NCBI GenBank assembly: GCA_038087875.1
Contig: CM075979.1
Location: 39,680,001 to 39,744,000 of the forward strand
Direction of reading: 5' to 3'
DNA: 64,000 nt
Origin: Malacoraja senta
Taxonomy: Eukaryota
The notes under the pieces are model-generated. The model did not search any database. It was not told where the DNA came from and worked only from the letters and a program-made list of their open reading frames with translations. This document shows, piece after piece, positions 61,801 through 64,000 of the stretch (positions within the stretch are counted from its first letter, which is position 1; the number at the start of each line of letters is the position of its first letter). A program made the position numbers and the translations under genes.

Positions 61801-64000
61801 GTGAGGGGGAATGTATGGTAGATTGGTGGAGGCAGTGACAAACATTGAAGATGCAAAGGAGACAAAAGGGTGTCTCAATTCTCAGAAAGGAGAGGTGCAA
61901 TGTAAAGATGGTGGAAGGGATGTGGGTGGAAGGGGACAGGGAGAGGAGGGAGGGAATAAATGGGAAATGCAAGACTCGAGGATGGGAGAGGTGGGAGATG
62001 AATGGAGGGAGGAGAGTAAAAGAGGGTTACAATGGGATGGGGTAGGGGGTGGTAGAGGAAAGAGATAGGGCGGTAGGAAACTGACAACTAATCATTTCCT
62101 CATAATATCATTGAATAATTTAACACAGGAGTTTCTTCAGATTATCATGACTTCTCTGACTCTCCATTCTTGCCTAGATTTCCCTTCTCACCCTGTGGCC
62201 TTGATATGTTAACTGTTTTCAAATATGTGTCCAAATTCTTTTTAAAACTGATTGAATCAAGAGTGAAGGATATTTGATTATCATATGTACTGGGAATGGA
62301 ACAATGACATTCTACTTGTTGCAGCTTAACAAGCTCATAAAGGCAATAACATATGAATAAATACATTATCAATAAAATAAATGAATAACTGTAACACTAG
62401 ATAACCATAAGTACAATACCAAATTCCGTAGTGCAACCAGAGCTACAGTCCATAGAAGATCAGAATAGGCAATTCTAGGACGACAGATGGCGCAATGGGC
62501 TAAGTGTTCGGCTGGCAACCGGAAGGTAGCCGGTTCGAATCCCGCTTGGAGTGCATACTGTCGTTGTGTCCTTGGGCAAGACACTTCACCCACCTTTGCC
62601 TGCGTGTGAATGTGTGTGAATGTGTGTGAGTGATTGGTGGTGGTCGGAGGGGCCGTAGGCGCAGATTAGCAGCCACGCTTCCGTCAGTCTGCCCCAGGGC
62701 AGCTGTGGCTACAGAAGTAGCTCACCACCACCGAGTGTGACTGAGGAGTGAATGAATAATGCGATGTAAAGCGCCTTGGGTATTAGAAAGGCGCTATATA
62801 AATCCAATCCATTATTATTATTATTATTATTAGACGAAGGGCCTGTTTCTGTTCTGTACAGCTCCATAACTATGTGAATCTATGAATCCTGACAGAAAAC
62901 AGGGAAGAGTATCAGGAAAGTGAGAAAGAGTATCCAGCATGGTAACCATTAACCAAAAGAGTTGGACAATCGTGGAATTTCAGATTTGATACCTAATTTC
63001 TTGATCTCTTGTTTATTTTAATCCAGCATATCACTGCCTTGCAAAGATGGAATATAAACCATGTGCATCAAAGGAGCAGCCAACTTGTGGGTCCAGGTTT
63101 GTTGCATATATTTTGCAAAACATTCTCACTGACAATTCAAAAATCATTCTCTCGTTTTCCTTCTCCCCTTCACTCAGTGCACAATATTAATGCTCCCTTT
63201 TGTGATTAGATCGAATGATAAAAATACACCCAGTGATAAGGGTGGATTTGATGAAGGCTGCTTCTGTCCTGATGGGAAGATCCTGTTTGAGCCCGGACAC
63301 ATCTGTACAGATAGCTGTAGTAAGTATATTTCTGTACAACCGCTACAAGGTCTGGTATCACCACTACCAAGTTCCCGCAATTGAATCTTAACTAGAACTA
63401 CCCTGACAACTGCAGAGAAGGGATATAATATCATGTGAGAATTGTAGGGAGAGTTCCGCACATTGGGAATGATGGAACACATCTTGAGAGAAAATCCAGG
63501 AAAGAGAAGGGCCTGCCCCACTTTCACGACCTAATTCACGACCTCTGCCGAGTTTGCCCTTGACTCATACTCACAGCATGGTCGTCATGAGGTCGTAGGA
63601 GGTCTTAGGTAGGTCATAGCAGGTCGTGATGCTAGTCGTAGGTACTCGTGGCATCAAGTAGGTCGCGGCGTTTTTTCTAGCCTGCTGAAAAATGTCCACG
63701 AGTAAAAAAGGTCGTGAATTAAGTCATGAAAGTGGGACAGGCCCTTAACTCAGCTGAAAGTGCATATTATTGCAGTGATTATTTTGGTTAATTGGCTTGT
63801 GAGTGACTGACTGACCATCACTTGAGGCAATGCTGGCTCCTCTGATCAGCAGTCACTTAATTTTATCCATCATCTTTCTTTCTTTGTATTTTATATGTTC
63901 TTTGTGGATTAAGAAGCATTTAGTATGTTGGTTCAAATTCAGTCAGTAAGCACATTAGTTATGATTTTTCTTTATGTCCATTGTAGATTGTATTGGACCT
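712..64000 (+). CDS. muc5b-like: Gel-forming mucin gene (MUC5B/MUC5AC/MUC2 family, closest to MUC5B by motif); internal part only, 49 exons visible, runs off both ends
   Basis: All 49 exons have AG/GT boundaries with compatible phases and give one open frame. The C-terminal part reads Cys module - VWD ([14 protein letters not shown]...EGQCGTCTNNKTDDC) - C8 (FSKCHDKVPPGPFYEAC...CVDWR) - TIL (GCFCPDG) - VWC start (CIGP). Exact orthology is not established. Confidence 0.9.
1474..1535 (+). pseudogene. Truncated B-like pseudo-exon, acceptor AG intact
   Basis: GQAMVISAGKSELCNFTLCTK, then switches to LINE-tail-like sequence. Confidence 0.85.
2198..2410 (+). CDS. Repeat exon 2, type B
   Basis: cctccag|GTCAG...CCAG|gtaagt; 213 nt; GQATVTSAGKSGLCNFTLCTEDCEVLKYTGRCETTTRPAETTTSATTVTVTPTSKGTTICSCDVDGHIMSP. 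Confidence 0.92.
3155..3367 (+). CDS. Repeat exon 3, type A
   Basis: 213 nt, AG/GT, open frame. Confidence 0.9.
3870..4312 (-). mobile_element. 5'-truncated L1-type LINE insertion, copy 1
   Basis: 12-bp TSD AGAGATAAAGAT (3858-3869 and 4313-4324); poly(T) on +; minus-strand frame LKKWIASMLDTAHLEEMRFLLIDKSDQFITSWSPFVVFLESYGATQL* resembles the fish L1 ORF2 C-terminus; the empty site is seen in other units. Confidence 0.85.
4372..4433 (+). pseudogene. Truncated pseudo-exon, acceptor AG>AA
   Basis: cctccaa|gtcaggcaatg. Confidence 0.85.
5106..5318 (+). CDS. Repeat exon 4, type B
   Basis: 213 nt, AG/GT, open frame. Confidence 0.9.
6100..6312 (+). CDS. Repeat exon 5, type A (STDKSG variant)
   Basis: 213 nt, AG/GT, open frame. 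Confidence 0.9.
6810..7244 (-). mobile_element. Same L1-type insertion, copy 2
   Basis: Same site, TSD and truncation point. Confidence 0.85.
7304..7365 (+). pseudogene. Truncated pseudo-exon, acceptor AG>AA
   Basis: Same motif as 4372. Confidence 0.85.
8038..8250 (+). CDS. Repeat exon 6, type B
   Basis: 213 nt, AG/GT, open frame. Confidence 0.9.
9032..9244 (+). CDS. Repeat exon 7, type A
   Basis: 213 nt, AG/GT, open frame. Confidence 0.9.
9789..9850 (+). pseudogene. Truncated pseudo-exon, AG intact
   Basis: Same motif as 1474. Confidence 0.85.
10512..10724 (+). CDS. Repeat exon 8, type B
   Basis: 213 nt, AG/GT, open frame. Confidence 0.9.
10795..10847. mobile_element. About 50-bp interspersed-repeat fragment in B-to-A introns (7 copies: near 35, 2480, 10795, 14992, 27697, 30599, 33043)
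   Basis: ggtagacaaaaatgctggtgagactcagcgggtgaggcagcatctatgga matches the repeat at about 50349-50398; flanked by a tacaNctgtctcttg duplication. Confidence 0.7.
11472..11684 (+). CDS. Repeat exon 9, type A (CKND variant)
   Basis: 213 nt, AG/GT, open frame. Confidence 0.9.
12247..12459 (+). CDS. Repeat exon 10, type B
   Basis: 213 nt, AG/GT, follows a short-type intron. Confidence 0.9.
13230..13442 (+). CDS. Repeat exon 11, type A
   Basis: 213 nt, AG/GT, open frame. Confidence 0.9.
13987..14048 (+). pseudogene. Truncated pseudo-exon, AG intact
   Basis: Same motif as 1474. Confidence 0.85.
14709..14921 (+). CDS. Repeat exon 12, type B
   Basis: 213 nt, AG/GT, open frame. Confidence 0.9.
15669..15881 (+). 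CDS. Repeat exon 13, type A (PMS variant)
   Basis: 213 nt, AG/GT, open frame. Confidence 0.9.
16443..16655 (+). CDS. Repeat exon 14, type B
   Basis: 213 nt, AG/GT, follows a short-type intron. Confidence 0.9.
17437..17649 (+). CDS. Repeat exon 15, type A (SRRT variant)
   Basis: 213 nt, AG/GT, open frame. Confidence 0.9.
18198..18259 (+). pseudogene. Truncated pseudo-exon, AG intact
   Basis: Same motif as 1474. Confidence 0.85.
18928..19140 (+). CDS. Repeat exon 16, type B
   Basis: 213 nt, AG/GT, open frame. Confidence 0.9.
19922..20134 (+). CDS. Repeat exon 17, type A (SRRT variant)
   Basis: 213 nt, AG/GT, open frame. Confidence 0.9.
20683..20744 (+). pseudogene. Truncated pseudo-exon, AG intact
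   Basis: Same motif as 1474. Confidence 0.85.
21413..21625 (+). CDS. Repeat exon 18, type B
   Basis: 213 nt, AG/GT, open frame. Confidence 0.9.
22408..22620 (+). CDS. Repeat exon 19, type A (CKND variant)
   Basis: 213 nt, AG/GT, open frame. Confidence 0.9.
23183..23395 (+). CDS. Repeat exon 20, type B
   Basis: 213 nt, AG/GT, follows a short-type intron. Confidence 0.9.
24165..24377 (+). CDS. Repeat exon 21, type A
   Basis: 213 nt, AG/GT, open frame. Confidence 0.9.
24935..25147 (+). CDS. Repeat exon 22, type B
   Basis: 213 nt, AG/GT, follows a short-type intron. Confidence 0.9.
25930..26142 (+). CDS. Repeat exon 23, type A
   Basis: 213 nt, AG/GT, open frame. Confidence 0.9.
26692..26753 (+). 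pseudogene. Truncated pseudo-exon, AG intact
   Basis: Same motif as 1474. Confidence 0.85.
27416..27628 (+). CDS. Repeat exon 24, type B
   Basis: 213 nt, AG/GT, open frame. Confidence 0.9.
28373..28585 (+). CDS. Repeat exon 25, type A
   Basis: 213 nt, AG/GT, open frame. Confidence 0.9.
29088..29534 (-). mobile_element. Same L1-type insertion, copy 3
   Basis: Same site, TSD and truncation point. Confidence 0.85.
29594..29655 (+). pseudogene. Truncated pseudo-exon, acceptor AG>AA
   Basis: Same motif as 4372. Confidence 0.85.
30316..30528 (+). CDS. Repeat exon 26, type B
   Basis: 213 nt, AG/GT, open frame. Confidence 0.9.
31276..31488 (+). CDS. Repeat exon 27, type A (PMS variant)
   Basis: 213 nt, AG/GT, open frame. 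Confidence 0.9.
32038..32099 (+). pseudogene. Truncated pseudo-exon, AG intact
   Basis: Same motif as 1474. Confidence 0.85.
32762..32974 (+). CDS. Repeat exon 28, type B
   Basis: 213 nt, AG/GT, open frame. Confidence 0.9.
33719..33931 (+). CDS. Repeat exon 29, type A
   Basis: 213 nt, AG/GT, open frame. Confidence 0.9.
34434..34880 (-). mobile_element. Same L1-type insertion, copy 4
   Basis: Same site, TSD and truncation point. Confidence 0.85.
34940..35001 (+). pseudogene. Truncated pseudo-exon, acceptor AG>AA
   Basis: Same motif as 4372. Confidence 0.85.
35662..35874 (+). CDS. Repeat exon 30, type B
   Basis: 213 nt, AG/GT, open frame. Confidence 0.9.
36656..36868 (+). CDS. Repeat exon 31, type A
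   Basis: 213 nt, AG/GT, open frame. Confidence 0.9.
37367..37816 (-). mobile_element. Same L1-type insertion, copy 5
   Basis: Same site, TSD and truncation point. Confidence 0.85.
37876..37937 (+). pseudogene. Truncated pseudo-exon, acceptor AG>AA
   Basis: Same motif as 4372. Confidence 0.85.
38600..38812 (+). CDS. Repeat exon 32, type B
   Basis: 213 nt, AG/GT, open frame. Confidence 0.9.
39593..39805 (+). CDS. Repeat exon 33, type A
   Basis: 213 nt, AG/GT, open frame. Confidence 0.9.
40304..40753 (-). mobile_element. Same L1-type insertion, copy 6
   Basis: Same site, TSD and truncation point. Confidence 0.85.
40813..40874 (+). pseudogene. Truncated pseudo-exon, acceptor AG>AA
   Basis: Same motif as 4372. 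Confidence 0.85.
41546..41758 (+). CDS. Repeat exon 34, type B
   Basis: 213 nt, AG/GT, open frame. Confidence 0.9.
42541..42753 (+). CDS. Repeat exon 35, type A
   Basis: 213 nt, AG/GT, open frame. Confidence 0.9.
43573..43791 (+). CDS. Repeat exon 36, type B with an extra VT
   Basis: 219 nt, in-frame 6-nt insertion, AG/GT. Confidence 0.9.
44569..44781 (+). CDS. Repeat exon 37, B-like 5' half and A-like 3' half
   Basis: 213 nt; SAGK..NFTL..CEVL then SRGTTQCTCENDGRKMLP. Confidence 0.88.
44901..45113 (+). CDS. Repeat exon 38, type B
   Basis: 213 nt; the preceding intron is only 119 nt. Confidence 0.88.
45573..45785 (+). CDS. Repeat exon 39, A-like (retains NFT)
   Basis: 213 nt, AG/GT. Confidence 0.88.
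45850..46408 (-). mobile_element. Non-LTR retrotransposon fragment, C-terminal to the RT domain (clade uncertain)
   Basis: ORF 45981-46439(-): DDEDIYRHRHMLYVQANI...VKMSLFRAYCTPL...LKVANNDVMRILL...SASQMF; boundaries approximate. Confidence 0.7.
46409..46630 (+). mobile_element. CR1-like LINE 3' end
   Basis: ...ggctcgaagggccgaatggcctactcctgcacct followed by a (tctatgta)-type tail, typical of elasmobranch CR1-like elements. Confidence 0.75.
46674..46772. mobile_element. Short interspersed repeat (agtctgaagaagggtctcgacccgaaac...gagttactccagca family); related copies at about 47140-47260, 50070-50260, 50320-50445 (inverted), 50940-51205, 61660-61750 (inverted)
   Basis: The motif recurs within the window in both orientations. 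Confidence 0.7.
47678..47896 (+). CDS. Exon 40, divergent terminal repeat
   Basis: catgcag|GGCAA...GCAG|gtgagt; 219 nt, phase 1-1; GQSSVSSEDKSGLCNYTLCTEGCKTLTYTRKC...CFCKVNGQVISA. Confidence 0.88.
48410..48770 (-). mobile_element. LINE 3' fragment
   Basis: ttcagttcagt...cacgtgtaccgaggt...gctggaaagaaactgtccctgaatctg, recalled as a common elasmobranch LINE end; boundaries approximate. Confidence 0.55.
49242..49684 (-). mobile_element. Probable solo LTR inserted into an old CR1-like fragment
   Basis: TGT...ACA termini; 5-bp flanks tctac/tctag; AATAAA on the minus strand at 49406-49411. Confidence 0.6.
51362..51650 (-). mobile_element. tRNA-derived elasmobranch SINE (HE1/V-SINE-like)
   Basis: gggatcgaacc (reverse complement of a B box) and the core tctttggagtgtggg...gaaaacccac; a second copy lies at 52455-52760. 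Confidence 0.75.
52068..52258 (+). CDS. Exon 41, last Cys-module half plus PT linker
   Basis: tttccag|GAGAG...AGCT|gtgagt; phase 1-0; GEKIYFTSDKAGWCYIGLCTSKCDIVKHTIPC...GCPDVHPPRA. Confidence 0.9.
52455..52760 (-). mobile_element. Same SINE family, near full length, with a (tttag)n tail
   Basis: Colinear with the 51362-51650 copy; ends in ctaccgctgcaccaccgtgcc. Confidence 0.78.
54088..54262 (+). CDS. Exon 42, pre-D4 Cys-rich segment
   Basis: catag|ATG...GGCT|gtgagt; phase 0-1; NETWKLDNCTKATCKGNN...CQNGLQPRKVYDHSNCCYQQECG. Confidence 0.9.
57231..57475 (+). CDS. Exon 43, VWD4 N-terminal part
   Basis: ttccag|GTTCC...TACG|gtaag; phase 1-0; [27 protein letters not shown]. Confidence 0.93.
58374..58936 (-). 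mobile_element. Non-autonomous Helitron-like element with a (CTGT)n microsatellite and an internal hairpin
   Basis: The minus strand reads A|TC...(ctgt)n...CTAG|T with no TSD; 48-bp inverted arms at 58571-58618 and 58636-58683. Confidence 0.7.
58940..59262 (+). mobile_element. Degenerate CR1-like LINE 3' fragment
   Basis: ...catttagacaggcacatg...gggatatgg...atgggccaaagggcctgtttctatgctg. Confidence 0.65.
59591..59774 (+). CDS. Exon 44, VWD4 middle part
   Basis: atgcag|GCC...TGTG|gtatgt; phase 0-1; ...FDGLGFTIDLPNKIFEKNVEGQC. Confidence 0.93.
60447..60693 (+). CDS. Exon 45, VWD4 end plus PT linker
   Basis: ccctag|GTACC...GCCC|gtaagt; phase 1-2; GTCTNNKTDDCTLPDG...CKIILGP. Confidence 0.92.
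61459..61640 (+). CDS. Exon 46, C8 domain (not in the ORF track)
   Basis: ttcatag|TATC...TGTT|gtaagt; phase 2-1; IFSKCHDKVPPGPFYEACVNDACHVRNETIICSSIDMYSKMCRSKGDTCVDWRDHTDGIC. Confidence 0.92.
62478..62831 (+). mobile_element. Full-length tRNA-derived SINE with an L2-type tail
   Basis: A box TGGCGCAATGG (62488), B box GGTTCGAATCC (62532), core gtgtccttgggcaagacactt, tail tgtaaagcgcctt...aaggcgctatataaat...(ATT)7. Confidence 0.85.
63027..63096 (+). CDS. Exon 47, TIL N-terminal part
   Basis: atccag|CATAT...CCAG|gtttgt; phase 1-2; YHCLAKMEYKPCASKEQPTCGS. Confidence 0.85.
63210..63319 (+). CDS. Exon 48, TIL C-terminal part
   Basis: gattag|ATCG...TGTA|gtaagt; phase 2-1; SNDKNTPSDKGGFDEGCFCPDGKILFEPGHICTDSC. 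Confidence 0.88.
63507..63746. mobile_element. MITE, probably PIF/Harbinger-type
   Basis: 38-bp terminal inverted repeats (63507-63544 and 63709-63746, 3 mismatches) beginning AAGGGCCTG; TSD unclear. Confidence 0.8.
63987..64000 (+). CDS. Exon 49 start (VWC-like), truncated by the window edge
   Basis: ttgtag|ATTGTATTGGACCT gives N-C-I-G-P in frame, matching the mucin CVGPDG motif; only 14 nt visible. Confidence 0.7.

Noticed and set aside
62478-62555. tRNA gene
   Set aside because: The A/B boxes run directly into a SINE body and (ATT)n tail, so this is a SINE head.

Overview
Eukaryotic genomic DNA, very probably from a cartilaginous fish (skate/ray-like SINE, CR1-LINE and MITE repertoire). 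The whole window lies inside one + strand gel-forming mucin gene whose C-terminal part resembles MUC5B; neither end of the gene is in the window. Bases 1-47.9 kb hold 40 symmetric phase-1/phase-1 exons: 38 of 213 nt and 2 of 219 nt, about 2,840 codons. Each encodes 6 Cys plus a Thr-rich linker of about 27 aa, and two exon types (A and B) alternate strictly. When spliced, the Cys module forms across each exon junction and matches the single Cys-rich module that precedes the D4 assembly in mammalian MUC5B/MUC5AC/MUC2. The central region is therefore a beads-on-a-string polymer of that module rather than a long single-exon PTS domain. The array introns carry 13 truncated pseudo-exons, 6 copies of one L1-type insertion and 7 copies of a short repeat insertion, which together record how the array was amplified. 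Bases 52-64 kb hold 9 unique exons (Cys module, pre-D4 Cys-rich segment, VWD4, C8, TIL, start of VWC) that splice in frame, separated by TE-rich introns. Exon boundaries were read by hand and family assignments rest on recalled motifs; no database search was run.
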